In this document: in pieces, positions 37,088-47,326 of the stretch
How the letters are laid out: each line of letters starts with the position of its first letter
Position numbering within the stretch: position 1 is the stretch's first letter
NCBI GenBank assembly: GCA_016185545.1
Contig: JACPNJ010000005.1
Location: 271,717-335,716, forward strand
Source of the DNA: Candidatus Yanofskybacteria bacterium
GTDB taxonomy: Bacteria; Patescibacteriota; Minisyncoccia; 2-02-FULL-40-12; IGHO2-01-FULL-4-A
Length of the DNA stretch: 64,000 bases
Direction: 5' to 3'
Notes under the pieces: model-generated
Databases searched by the model: none
What the model was told of the DNA's origin: nothing
What the model saw: the letters and a program-made list of their open reading frames with translations, nothing else
Translations under genes and position numbers: made by a program

Positions 37088-39766
37088 TTAGTCTAACAAA
37101 ATATCAATCTCCCGGTCAACCGACAAATCAGAATTTAAAATTAAACTGTTGCCGATAGTCTGTAACTCGGCACTTTTGTTTAGCATGCTTTTACCATCAG
37201 GTAACTTGAAACTGAAACCAATCTGATCTTGGCCGGTACCGGATTGTTTCTGCCACAATAGACTATATTTCCCATCAGCAACAGAAGTCGGCGTTTTGTA
37301 TTTTAGTGTAACTGATTTGGTCTGTTTTGGTTTTGTAATCAGCCAAAAACCAAAAACTGTCTTGCCCGATTCCTCAAATACATCCACGCCGGCAAACGGC
37401 TTTTTGATACTGGATTCTATTCGTTCTAGTTCTTGATCACGCTTAAACCCAAAATCCTCATGGTCAATAAGGGGTCTGAAATCGGTTATTGATTGACCCT
37501 GGATACTTTCCAAAACCGATCCCTTGGGAACATAAACTTTAATATACGCCGAGTTGTCACGGTTATAAAACCCGTATTTGGAATCGCCGCCATTATGCAC
37601 CCTATTAACAGTAAGCACATGGTTTAATGTTCCGCCATCACCGATACTGGTTTCCAAATCCATTAGGTTTTCGGTCACAAAATCAGTTTTTGAACCCTTT
37701 ATATTAGAAAACACGACTTGCAGGTAATCTTCAAGTATTTGCTCAATCTCTCCGCCTAATCCGTTTTTAACCGCGACTTTTTCTAAATTAGAGTTTTCGA
37801 AGTATGCCAGAATGTGCTTTTGCTCCGCGGCCTCTGAAATAATTCTAAAAATCGCAAGCCATTGGTCTTTATTCTGTCGGGCAAGTCGTTCAAAAAACTT
37901 AGGCTGGAGGTCGGAAAGTATTTGTTTGGGAGCGGAACGGTTGGCTTCGTACTCAACCTCATTCTGGATTTTTGTCAGAAAATTACCGGCATCAAGCGTT
38001 AAACCGTATTCCGGCATTTCAATCGGACCGATAATATCTAAAATCTTGGCAATAACATCCGGCGTAATTGTAAGCACACCGTCCACTTCCGGCCCTCCGT
38101 CCAATTTGTAAAACTCCGTCACCTTGCGCGCCGAGGTGGGAAAATCGGCAAACCAAGCGGCATCGCGCATTCCCCAGTTTGGCGTGATATGCTGAAGCGG
38201 AATCGGAGGAATGATCTTTTCTTTCAAATTGGCATCAGCTCGGTAAACATCCTCAACAAAAATTTTCTTAAGAGAGCCGTTTTCAAAGGTTATCAGACCA
38301 TATGTGCCGGGAAAACCGCCAGTCGGCCTTAATTCGCTGTTATTTTGAAGCAAAACTAAATAGGTTTTAATGCCATCAGTACCAACAAACTTAAGCAGAA
38401 AGTCCGAATAATCAACCGCTTCGCCTATATATTTTTGAAACTCCGGAATTTTTTCTTTGAAATTCAAAAAAAGCTTTTGTTTATCAGCCGGAATAGCGGA
38501 AGCGTCAATATCGGCAAGCAAACTATCAGCATTTTTTATGTTCTTTTCGGCAAAAACCAAAATATCCTTGAACTCAGTAAGAAGTTTAGACAGTGAAAGA
38601 GATTGCGATGCACCCGAAGGGTCTAAAAATACAAGTAAGTTGGTTTTATAAAGAGTCCCGAATGCCAGCGATAAATTCTCCCCCGCCTTTGATAAATTTT
38701 GGCCCGCTTCAACCAGATTACTCGCCGCCTTGACCTTGTTAAGGCCGGGCAGATTACCGAAAAAAGAAAGAAAAGACGCGCCAAGCTGGCTAAGCGTTCC
38801 GGACGCCCTGTTAAGATCATCGTATGCCAGGGCAAAACTGTCAGCCGCTTTGATAAAATTAAAATTTTCCAGTTCTTGTTTGGCTTTTTCAAAATTCGCC
38901 ACAGCATTACTACCATTTTGAATAATGTTACTACGAGCCCAAATGCTCCGATGCCTGATTACGATACCGATTGATAGACTGGCCACAGCAATAGTTAGCA
39001 CCCAAACCATCGGCCGGCGATTAAATCTGAACCACGATAGCCACTTGGTTCCACTCTTGAAAGGGGTTTTTCTGGATTTTGCGTCTGAAAAACGCTTGCC
39101 ACTTTCAAAGATGGGATTGTGTGATAGCGACTGACGACCTTTCTGCAAATTTTCAAGCCATATTTCTATTTCGCGCGAAGCGGGTGAATGAACTCCATAG
39201 TGAAAATCAGAATGGCCTTCGGCATTACCCGCGTCTGCGACACGGGTAGCTTCAATTTCTACTGCGGGGAAAGTAAACTTGGTAAGTTCGGCGACCGGTT
39301 CGGCAGGTAATGTGCTGGGAAATAGTTCGGTCCCGGCGTTTTTTTCGGTTATCTTCCTACGATAAGCAATTTTAGATCTGGACTTTGTATTAAAAACCTC
39401 ATAAACGCGGCCACCAACGCGAGTTAATTCAACCGCAGCATCAATCGGTTCTGAAATAGTTTTTTCAAACTCCTCTAATATCGATTCTTTGCTGAATGCT
39501 GTTAATTCATATTTTTGAGAAAAGTCTGGACGTTGGGGCAATTTAACTATTAACTCTTCCCAATAGTCGTCATCTGACAGGGTTTCGGGTTTTTCAATAG
39601 TTGTTTTTGGTTTGCCAAGCCTTAGTTTAGGTTTATCCAAACTGGGGCTGGATTTATTCTCCCGCCGTAAATCAAGTTCGTTTTTAATTTGTTCCAAAAC
39701 TAAAGCTGCCGACTTACCTATCGGTCTGACATCAAACATCGCCAACAAGATATTTCTCTTTGGCAT
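37088..39766 (-). CDS. DUF4012-like membrane-anchored protein
   Basis: YLVLLQNNSELRPTGGF, RDAAWFADFPTSA. Confidence 0.85.
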   Translation of the reverse strand: MPKRNILLAMFDVRPIGKSAALVLEQIKNELDLRRENKSSPSLDKPKLRLGKPKTTIEKPETLSDDDYWEELIVKLPQRPDFSQKYELTAFSKESILEEFEKTISEPIDAAVELTRVGGRVYEVFNTKSRSKIAYRRKITEKNAGTELFPSTLPAEPVAELTKFTFPAVEIEATRVADAGNAEGHSDFHYGVHSPASREIEIWLENLQKGRQSLSHNPIFESGKRFSDAKSRKTPFKSGTKWLSWFRFNRRPMVWVLTIAVASLSIGIVIRHRSIWARSNIIQNGSNAVANFEKAKQELENFNFIKAADSFALAYDDLNRASGTLSQLGASFLSFFGNLPGLNKVKAASNLVEAGQNLSKAGENLSLAFGTLYKTNLLVFLDPSGASQSLSLSKLLTEFKDILVFAEKNIKNADSLLADIDASAIPADKQKLFLNFKEKIPEFQKYIGEAVDYSDFLLKFVGTDGIKTYLVLLQNNSELRPTGGFPGTYGLITFENGSLKKIFVEDVYRADANLKEKIIPPIPLQHITPNWGMRDAAWFADFPTSARKVTEFYKLDGGPEVDGVLTITPDVIAKILDIIGPIEMPEYGLTLDAGNFLTKIQNEVEYEANRSAPKQILSDLQPKFFERLARQNKDQWLAIFRIISEAAEQKHILAYFENSNLEKVAVKNGLGGEIEQILEDYLQVVFSNIKGSKTDFVTENLMDLETSIGDGGTLNHVLTVNRVHNGGDSKYGFYNRDNSAYIKVYVPKGSVLESIQGQSITDFRPLIDHEDFGFKRDQELERIESSIKKPFAGVDVFEESGKTVFGFWLITKPKQTKSVTLKYKTPTSVADGKYSLLWQKQSGTGQDQIGFSFKLPDGKSMLNKSAELQTIGNSLILNSDLSVDREIDILLD

Positions 39767-39883
39767 CTTATTTAATTATACAATGAATCTCACTTTGCTA
39801 GCTGTGGATTGCCGCTCCACCGTTTCAAAAATAAAAGCCCCGATTGGGGCTCTGAAAAAAAGGGCGGTTTCGGTTTCAACGCG

Positions 39884-40357
39884 CTACTGATTCCTGTATG
39901 AGCCAACGAACATAGCTGCGCCCGCTCCAACCTTGTTTCCTCTCAAATCAATGTCGAAACGATTTGCCGCCATTTGTACGGCCATATAGGTACGGCCTAA
40001 TTCAATTGCAAGTTCGTGGATGCTCATGGATTTGCCATGTTGCTCTAGAAATTCAATTTCCTTTATTGTCCATCGCTGCCAGTGGTTTTTGGCTAAAGGC
40101 CGGGTTATATTCTGATGAAAATCTAAAATCTTTTTTCTTTCTTTGCTCTTTATTTCCGGATTCTTTTTGAGCCATTCTCGGCGTCTTTCGGGATATTTTT
40201 GGCGGAATTTAGAAATAGAAGCGCTTAAACAGCTCGGATGTCTTAAATCCATAGCAATATTGGCGACATACTGGTAAGAAGACCGGATTCGCTCTGCTAT
40301 TTCTTTATAGTTAAGTCCTTCTTTTAAAAGAGCCGCGATTTGCTGCCTTTTTGTCAC
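39884..40357 (-). CDS. Hypothetical DNA-binding protein (HTH and Myb-like segments)
   Basis: GGAGGTG SD before GTG; GLNYKEIAERI; WTIKEIEFL...ELAIELGRT. Confidence 0.6.
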   Translation of the reverse strand: MTKRQQIAALLKEGLNYKEIAERIRSSYQYVANIAMDLRHPSCLSASISKFRQKYPERRREWLKKNPEIKSKERKKILDFHQNITRPLAKNHWQRWTIKEIEFLEQHGKSMSIHELAIELGRTYMAVQMAANRFDIDLRGNKVGAGAAMFVGSYRNQ

Positions 40358-40400
40358 AATTTCACCTCCGAAGCTCAATAGCCAAACACACCATACAGTA

Positions 40401-41480
40401 TCATTCATTAGCAATCATGTCAACTATCTTGGTTTTGAAAATCGTTTTATCAAACTCAAGGGCGTGGGTGCGGATGGCGGCAGAATCCCATTGGGTCTGA
40501 TAGTATTGGCCTACTGCTTGGGCAAGAGCAATCTCGGTTTGTTCGTCAAAGAATATACCGGTTTTATTTTCTAAAATAGTTTCCAATGCTCCGCCGCCGT
40601 GATAGGCAATTACTGGCCGTCCGGAAGCCATTGATTCAAGCGGGACAATGCCGAAATCCTCTTCTTGCGGAAAAATCACTGCCTGCGCATGGGCATAAAG
40701 TTCCGGCATTTTGTAATCCGAAACCAAACCAAGGAAACTTATATTCGGCTTAGCCATTTTCTCCAACCGCTTGCGTTCCGGGCCATCACCGACAATTTTA
40801 AGGGGTTTCCCTATGGCATTGAATACCTTGACTGCCAAGTCAAAACGTTTATATGGCACTAGCCGACCAACCATTAAAAAATAATCTCCGGCTTCGTTAC
40901 TTATATAATATTTATGAGCATCAACCGGCGGATAGATGACTTCGGCATCGCGATTATAATATTTTTTGACTCTGGATTTCACAAAATTTGATATCGCCAT
41001 GAACTTGTCAACCCGCAATGCCGCCTCTTGGTCCCAAATACGAAGATAGGTTATGAAAAACGGCACAAGTTTTCTAATCGGCCAGGGATGGTTGAATTCT
41101 TCAATATAACGATGGCTATCATCCCAAAGAAATCTTGTCGGGGTCAGACAATAATTAATGTGTTTGGCATACGGTTTGGTTATGATGCCCTTGGCAAAAG
41201 ATGCCGATACCGACAAAACGATGTCATAATACGACAAATCAAACTGTTCAACCGCAAACGGCATAAGAAGTGAAAAAACACGGTGGTATTTGCGCGCGAA
41301 AGGAAGTTTTTGCAAAAAAGAGGTGTGTATCTCGCGGTTACAAAAAACACCGCCGGTCATACGCTCATCATAAAGCAAGGTATAAATCGGGGCATCTGGA
41401 AAAATCTCGCACAAAACCTCCAGCACTCTTTCTGCTCCCCCATACTGATTAAGATAATCATGAACCAAAGCAATTTTCAT
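40401..41480 (-). CDS. Glycosyltransferase family 4
   Basis: HDYLNQYGGAERV, EEDFGIVPLESMASG. Confidence 0.92.
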   Translation of the reverse strand: MKIALVHDYLNQYGGAERVLEVLCEIFPDAPIYTLLYDERMTGGVFCNREIHTSFLQKLPFARKYHRVFSLLMPFAVEQFDLSYYDIVLSVSASFAKGIITKPYAKHINYCLTPTRFLWDDSHRYIEEFNHPWPIRKLVPFFITYLRIWDQEAALRVDKFMAISNFVKSRVKKYYNRDAEVIYPPVDAHKYYISNEAGDYFLMVGRLVPYKRFDLAVKVFNAIGKPLKIVGDGPERKRLEKMAKPNISFLGLVSDYKMPELYAHAQAVIFPQEEDFGIVPLESMASGRPVIAYHGGGALETILENKTGIFFDEQTEIALAQAVGQYYQTQWDSAAIRTHALEFDKTIFKTKIVDMIANE

Positions 41481-41588
41481 CCCGTTAGAAGTGGCAATAG
41501 CGACATATAAACTAAACTTACAATCGCTGTTTTAACTTTTATTAAATAAAATTTGATTCGCGAACCCGTTAGGGCTACTTCTAACGAA
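41481..41588. mobile_element. CCCGTTAG MITE, copy 3 (one end decayed), at the GT4 start codon
   Basis: cccgttagaagt...cccgttagggctacttctaacgaa. Confidence 0.7.
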
Positions 41589-41664
41589 ATTCGTTGCTCA
41601 AAGCGTACCAAATTTATAAGCAAAAACAAAACCGGTTTACTGACTGACGAAATATTAATATTTA

Positions 41665-43050
41665 TCAGGCTGCGGATTTATCACGGAAAATTTTAAGAGC
41701 GGTTAGGATAATGATTTTGATGTCGTGCCAAAAAGACCAGTTTTCAATGTAAAACGTATCCAAGGCAACTTCTTCTTCAAAGGGCAAATCCGAACTGCCG
41801 GAAATTTGAGCTATTCCGGTTACGCCGGCTTTAATTGCTAATACGCGGCGGTGACGTTTTTGGTAACGCTCGATCTCGTCCGGCTGATGGGGACGCGGAC
41901 CAACGAGTGAAATTTCACCTTTTAACACATTCCATAATTGCGGAAATTCATCCAGACGGTAACAACGCAGAAAACGTCCGACACCGGTTATGCGCGGATC
42001 ATTTTTAATTTTGAACAACGGACTGTCGGCGCGCTCGTTAAATAAAATCAACTGTGCTTTATATTTTTCGGCGTCTTTCATCATTGAACGAAATTTGTGC
42101 AATTTAAAAAGTCTGCTTCCGCTTAGTCGGTCCAGATGGACAAAAACCGAACCTTCTGTTTCCCATTTAATCGCAAACGCGACGATCCCAAAAAAAGGCG
42201 CCAATATTACCAACCCGATCAGTGAACCGATAACATCAATTATCCTTTTGGTAATTCTCCCCCATCCGTCCAACGCCGTTCTTTTAAGTTCCACCAGCGG
42301 CACACCGGCCAGCGCGTCAAAAGCAAAATTTGCCGTCAAGGTCTGATAAATATTAGGTACGAATCTGAAGGTCAAATGGTTTTCGTGGCAAAATTCCACA
42401 ATTTCTATAACTTTATCGGCGGGATAATTGGGATTTGCCAATAAAACCTCATCAATCCCCGGGTTACCGATAGCAGATTTAACTTCAGCCACTTCGGGAT
42501 TGCTCAAATGCTTGACTATGCGATAACCGAAAGCCGGATTATCCCTGATATGCCGGACAACTTTTTGGGTAGTCTGGTCCTCGCCGATTATCATAACTTT
42601 GTGTATGCCAAAGTCACGCTGAGAAACAAGATATTTCTGGATATAGCGCATAATCAATCGCCCCAGCGAAACGAAAATAATTGTAAAAAACCACGCACCT
42701 AAAACCAAAAATCTGGAATCAAATAATTCCTGCCTTAAGAAAATAAAGATGATGATCGCCATTATACCGGCTGATGACGCAATCACAACTTTGGAAAATT
42801 CTTCAAGGGTTTTGCGCGTACTGGTAAGTTGGTAAAGCCCGGAAACGGCATAAGTAACAATGAACACGGCCGACATAACAATTATTAAAATCAAATATCT
42901 CTCAAACGGTAAGTTGAATTCAAAAAGCACTGGCCTGAATGATGACAATATCCGGGTACGCAAAAAGTAGGTGGTAATACCCGCCGCCATCAGCATCACA
43001 AAATCCACCGGCAAGAGCAACGTGCTGAATATGAGTTCACTGCGTTTCAT
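41665..43050 (-). CDS. Polyprenyl-phosphate sugar transferase (WcaJ/CpsE-like)
   Basis: KRIID, KFRSM, DPRIT, LDEFPQL, SLVGPRP. Confidence 0.92.
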   Translation of the reverse strand: MKRSELIFSTLLLPVDFVMLMAAGITTYFLRTRILSSFRPVLFEFNLPFERYLILIIVMSAVFIVTYAVSGLYQLTSTRKTLEEFSKVVIASSAGIMAIIIFIFLRQELFDSRFLVLGAWFFTIIFVSLGRLIMRYIQKYLVSQRDFGIHKVMIIGEDQTTQKVVRHIRDNPAFGYRIVKHLSNPEVAEVKSAIGNPGIDEVLLANPNYPADKVIEIVEFCHENHLTFRFVPNIYQTLTANFAFDALAGVPLVELKRTALDGWGRITKRIIDVIGSLIGLVILAPFFGIVAFAIKWETEGSVFVHLDRLSGSRLFKLHKFRSMMKDAEKYKAQLILFNERADSPLFKIKNDPRITGVGRFLRCYRLDEFPQLWNVLKGEISLVGPRPHQPDEIERYQKRHRRVLAIKAGVTGIAQISGSSDLPFEEEVALDTFYIENWSFWHDIKIIILTALKIFRDKSAA

Positions 43051-43121
43051 TGGAATAAAACTACAACATAAAGAAACAGGATTCAAGCCACTAAAAATCG
43101 CGTGTTGCGCGATTTTTAGTG

Positions 43122-43670
43122 GCTTGGTAAATCTATAAGCCGAATTCTGTCACCCTTCGCTCGGCTATGCCGAGCTTCGGACGGACAAGTATTTGTGCTT
43201 GTCCTCCGTAGCTTTAGCGTAGGATGGATGATTATTTATCTGGGCCAATTATCGCTAATTAGCTCTAGCGTACGAACTTTTCGGGGTATCGCATTGCTGT
43301 GATACGACGCTGTACTTGCACTAGGCAGGGTTTAGCGCGACACCCATGTTGCCATGGGGCGTTCCCGTTCGGGAACTTTTCACCCGCAGTCCTCGGACTT
43401 GCGCCAAAGGAGCTCGGAATAGTTTCTGTGCCACTTTCCCTAAGCTTCGATTAGTAGCTCTTCTCTTAAGAGGAAGAAGTACCAACCTTATACTCGGTGG
43501 CCGTTAGCCACTGCCTTGCTGACGCAATCACTAATCACTAACCTCCAATCACCAATTTTGTTAGTAATTGACGACTAGCAGTTGGTGATTGCGTCAGCGG
43601 TGTTCGGACTTTCCTCTACCTTGCTCTTTCCAAAGAAAGGGCTGGGCAGAAATCACCCGATTTACCAAGC
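43122..43670 (-). ncRNA. rnpB: RNase P RNA, enlarged (~550 nt)
   Basis: GAGGAAAGTCCG and ACAGAATTCGGCTTAT conserved regions; P1 GCTTGGTAAATC/GATTTACCAAGC. Confidence 0.92.
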
Positions 43671-43678
43671 TAATTTAA

Positions 43679-44119
43679 TTATAGCAATTTATTCAGCTCT
43701 TTGTCCAGTGCTGCATTCACCAGCTTGTCGGCACCGCGATTGTCTTCGCGGGGTATATGCTTGAAAATCACATCAGCAAAATCCACCTTTAGATTCCAGA
43801 GTTCAATAAAATGCTTCTGGATATTTTTATCCATAATTTTGTAATAGCCATTTAGCTGACGCTCAAGAAGTTCGCTGTCAACATGCGCTTCTACCGTAAC
43901 TTCGCCGACGGCCTTCTTGCCGATTAAAAGTTTCAATTTTTTCAAAGCAAAAATTACCGCACGATATTCGGCATCGTTATTGGTGGTTTCACCGATATAT
44001 TCGCCGTATTCCTTCTTGAACGATCCGCCACCGGCCTCAATCACCACACCAATTGCCGCCGGCCCCGGATTGCCACGCGAACCGCCATCGGTATGAATTA
44101 TATATTTTAATTCAGCCAT
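43679..44119 (-). CDS. rnhA: Ribonuclease HI
   Basis: TDGGSRGNPG, TNNDAEY, DSEL, N..AD. Confidence 0.92.
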   Translation of the reverse strand: MAELKYIIHTDGGSRGNPGPAAIGVVIEAGGGSFKKEYGEYIGETTNNDAEYRAVIFALKKLKLLIGKKAVGEVTVEAHVDSELLERQLNGYYKIMDKNIQKHFIELWNLKVDFADVIFKHIPREDNRGADKLVNAALDKELNKLL

Positions 44120-45062
44120 TTTTATTCAAATATTCTATAATTTCTCCGGTAATTTTCATAATTTCTTTTTTTGAATTACTTTGGGTAGCGCCCACGTTTT
44201 TGTGACCGCCGCCTTTGTATTTTGACATCAACTCTCCAATATTCGTTTTTTCAGATTGACCAATCCAAGGATTTTTGCCTACACCAAGATGGTAATAATC
44301 ATTTCCCTTGCCCCTTTTGAGAATAACAGAATACTTAACACTGGGGTATAAGAAGTAGCTCATATAATGGGAAACATCAGGGCTAATATCAGAAACATCA
44401 AAAAAAATCGTAGAACCATAAGGCTTGGAAATAGTTTTCAAATCTTTAATCAACTTTTTTAATTTTAATATAAAATCAGAAACTCTTGTTTTGATTCGCG
44501 GCTCTTTAACTATTTTAGCCATAGATTTTTCCGCAAGTTTTTTTATTAAATCATGCGTGTTTTTAGAATTATTCTCGTCGGTGACAATAGCCATAAGTTG
44601 AAAAGCTGGTTTGCTATAACTAATGGCTTCTCGGGCGGATTTATAGCCAGCGGCATCAATAATGTCAGCCCATTTGGCCAATTCTGCAATATGTTTAGGC
44701 AGTTTAAAACCAAAATGTTTTTTAAGGTGGGCCAAAATAAGACCGCAACAAGATTTACGCTTCCGGTCCCAGCAATGTGTTTGATCATTTCTGAAATGTT
44801 TTTTCCATTCCGTTTTAACAAGCCGCGGAAATGACACTTCGTGATGATCAAACCACCAATCGGCTTTGGGATGATAACGAAAATCAACCAGAATAAATGG
44901 CTTTTTGAATTTGTAACCAACCCAGCTTGCTATTAATTTGGGGGTATAATCAATGGGGTTGAAGGACGCGATACTATCGCCGCGAGAATACAAAAAATTA
45001 AGTATTATTGCTCCCGATGCCGTACCGTCAAAATCGTTGTGATAGTAAAGATGATAATTCAT
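44112..45062 (-). CDS. DHH-family phosphoesterase
   Basis: HNDFDG, FDHH, GGGH. Confidence 0.85.
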   Translation of the reverse strand: MNYHLYYHNDFDGTASGAIILNFLYSRGDSIASFNPIDYTPKLIASWVGYKFKKPFILVDFRYHPKADWWFDHHEVSFPRLVKTEWKKHFRNDQTHCWDRKRKSCCGLILAHLKKHFGFKLPKHIAELAKWADIIDAAGYKSAREAISYSKPAFQLMAIVTDENNSKNTHDLIKKLAEKSMAKIVKEPRIKTRVSDFILKLKKLIKDLKTISKPYGSTIFFDVSDISPDVSHYMSYFLYPSVKYSVILKRGKGNDYYHLGVGKNPWIGQSEKTNIGELMSKYKGGGHKNVGATQSNSKKEIMKITGEIIEYLNKNG

Positions 45063-45110
45063 AAAATCCTAATTACCTTTTTAAAAGCGATCGCTTTTAA
45101 AATAACATTC

Positions 45111-46367
45111 CTAATTTTTATAATAATCAAGAACCTCTAACCCAGGCAGCCTGTTGCCGGCTAAAAATTCTAACATTGCCCCTCCGCCGGTTGAGACGAA
45201 ACTATAGCGGTCAAGTAAATCCAGCTTGTCTACTGCGGCAACAGTATCCCCGCCGCCAACAATAGATTTCGCCGCCGAAGCCACTGCTTTGGCAATGTCG
45301 CGGGTACCCTCGGCAAAAACTTCCACTTCTGATAATCCCATCGGCCCGTTCCAGATTACCATCTTGGCCGTTTTTATAATTTCGGCGTAATGTTTTGCCG
45401 TCTCCGGTCCGATATCAAGAATCAGATGACTGGAATCAATATTTTCTATCGGAGAAGTCTCTGCGCCAGAATCGCCAGTTTTATCTTCTGAAATCAAAAC
45501 ATCTTCCGGCAATATTATTTTCTCACTTTCCACGTCAAGCAAAAATTCATTATCAACCATTGACGCACCAACATTTATTCCCCGAGCCTTAAAAAAATTA
45601 TTGGCAACCGCACCGCCAATCAGGATTTTTTCCGCTTTATCCAAGAAATTTTTGATTACCGGCAATTTGGTTGAGATTTTAGCGCCACCGAGAACTAAAA
45701 CCTTACCGTCAACCGGCGCCTCCAGCGCCCGTCTAAGACTTTCGGTTTCTTTTTTTATTAAAAATCCGGCAAAAGAGGGTAGGTGTCTGGTTATTGCCAC
45801 AACGGATGCATGATTGCGATGCATTACCGCAAAAGCGTCATTTACATAATAGTCAAAACCGTTCGACAAGCTCACGGCGAGTTCCTCATTATTTTGAATC
45901 TCGCGCGAATTTTGGCGAATATTATCCAGAAGTAAAAGTGGGCCAACTCCAAAAAGTTTATCAACCCCGTACAAGGCAGAGGCACGCTGCGTGCCCTCGC
46001 GGCCTCGTTCGGGGTTAATTCCGTCCAATTCAGAATGCGGCACCAATGTAAGTGTTTGCCCCAAAATTTCACCCAACTCTTCAACAATCGGGCCAAAACT
46101 TGCCCCCGAAACATCATGCCCCAAGTGGCCCACCAATAAAACTTTAGCACCGAAGCTAATCAAATAATCAATCGTCTCCTTTTGCGCTTTGATTCTGAAA
46201 TTATCACCGATCTTGGTTAGCGATTGGCGACCTGCCCCGTAGGGAGACAAAGTCTCTCCTTCAGGGTTGGTAGTTGGTGATTGCGTCAGCGGCACGTCAA
46301 AATCAACCCGCAACAGGATTTTTTTGTTATTAAGCTCTTCTTTTTTTAATTCGTTAATATATTTCAT
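45111..46367 (-). CDS. pgk: Phosphoglycerate kinase with in-frame palindromic inserts
   Basis: RVDFDVP, NDAF..HR.HAS, GGAK, STGGGAMLEFL. Confidence 0.95.
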   Translation of the reverse strand: MKYINELKKEELNNKKILLRVDFDVPLTQSPTTNPEGETLSPYGAGRQSLTKIGDNFRIKAQKETIDYLISFGAKVLLVGHLGHDVSGASFGPIVEELGEILGQTLTLVPHSELDGINPERGREGTQRASALYGVDKLFGVGPLLLLDNIRQNSREIQNNEELAVSLSNGFDYYVNDAFAVMHRNHASVVAITRHLPSFAGFLIKKETESLRRALEAPVDGKVLVLGGAKISTKLPVIKNFLDKAEKILIGGAVANNFFKARGINVGASMVDNEFLLDVESEKIILPEDVLISEDKTGDSGAETSPIENIDSSHLILDIGPETAKHYAEIIKTAKMVIWNGPMGLSEVEVFAEGTRDIAKAVASAAKSIVGGGDTVAAVDKLDLLDRYSFVSTGGGAMLEFLAGNRLPGLEVLDYYKN

Positions 46368-46514
46368 CCCGTTAGAAGTAGCTGCTTGCCCCGCAATTCG
46401 CCAGAGGCGATGGTTCGGGGCTGCGCAGTTTTACACACAAGTTGCGGCCGCACAACAAGCTTAAGATTATTTACAAATTATATTTGCAAACCCGTTAGGG
46501 CTACTTCTAACGGG
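46368..46514. mobile_element. CCCGTTAG MITE, copy 4, at the pgk start codon
   Basis: TIR cccgttagaagtagc/gctacttctaacggg; flanks ATTAAT/ATGAAA. Confidence 0.78.
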
Positions 46515-46519
46515 ATTAA

Positions 46520-47326
46520 TCACAAACTAGAAACAATTTTTAAAACATCTCCAAATTCTTTTTTTCTCAAACTGGCGCCACCGATAACTGCGCCGAAGAT
46601 TTCCGGATATTTGAGGAAATCAGCAACATTTTTTTTGTTAATTGACCCTCCGTATAAAAACCTGAAACCTGAAACCTGCCCGGCCTTCGCAGCCGAAGCT
46701 ACTTCGGCGGAGTAGGCAAGCCCGAAACCTAATAACTCTTGAATAATTTTTATCGCTTCAAGCGTATTTTCGGGAGTATCTGGCTCCGCACCAGGTGTTG
46801 TGCTTATCGCCCAAACCGGTTCATAAGTAATCAAAACTTTGCCAACTTGATCGGCGGTTAAACCGGCTAAATCGGCGGTGAGTTGGGTTTCAAGGACTTG
46901 CTTGCGATCATCGCCACGGTTACGTTCACCCACCAAAAGCACCGGCGTAACTCCGGCTCCAAGCGCTGCCCCAATTTTCTTGTTTATTACCTCATCCGTT
47001 TCGCCAATTTTGTATCGCCTATCCGAGTGGCCGACAAGCACATGGGTTACACCAAAGTTCTTGAGCATATCAATCGATACTTCTCCCGTGTACGGCCCTG
47101 ATTTTTCCCAAAATAAGTCCTGACCACCCAAACTGATAGATGATGACTGACGGTTGACGGCTGGAACTTGCCTTGCGAGTTCTTCAAGGTAAACAAATGG
47201 CGGACAAATCACTACTTTCAGATTCTGATGCTTTGACGCTTCAGCAACCGAAAATTTAAAAAGTTCCAGGGCTTCCTCAAGATTAACGGGATTCATTTTC
47301 CAATTGGCAATAATAATCTTATTCAT
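46520..47326 (-). CDS. tpiA: Triosephosphate isomerase with in-frame inserts
   Basis: NWKMN, GHSDRR, YEPVWAI, YGGS, GGASL. Confidence 0.95.
   Translation of the reverse strand: MNKIIIANWKMNPVNLEEALELFKFSVAEASKHQNLKVVICPPFVYLEELARQVPAVNRQSSSISLGGQDLFWEKSGPYTGEVSIDMLKNFGVTHVLVGHSDRRYKIGETDEVINKKIGAALGAGVTPVLLVGERNRGDDRKQVLETQLTADLAGLTADQVGKVLITYEPVWAISTTPGAEPDTPENTLEAIKIIQELLGFGLAYSAEVASAAKAGQVSGFRFLYGGSINKKNVADFLKYPEIFGAVIGGASLRKKEFGDVLKIVSSL

Noticed and set aside
46386-46715. 109-aa plus-strand ORF spanning the MITE
   Set aside because: Made of MITE sequence plus tpiA antisense; no transposase motifs.
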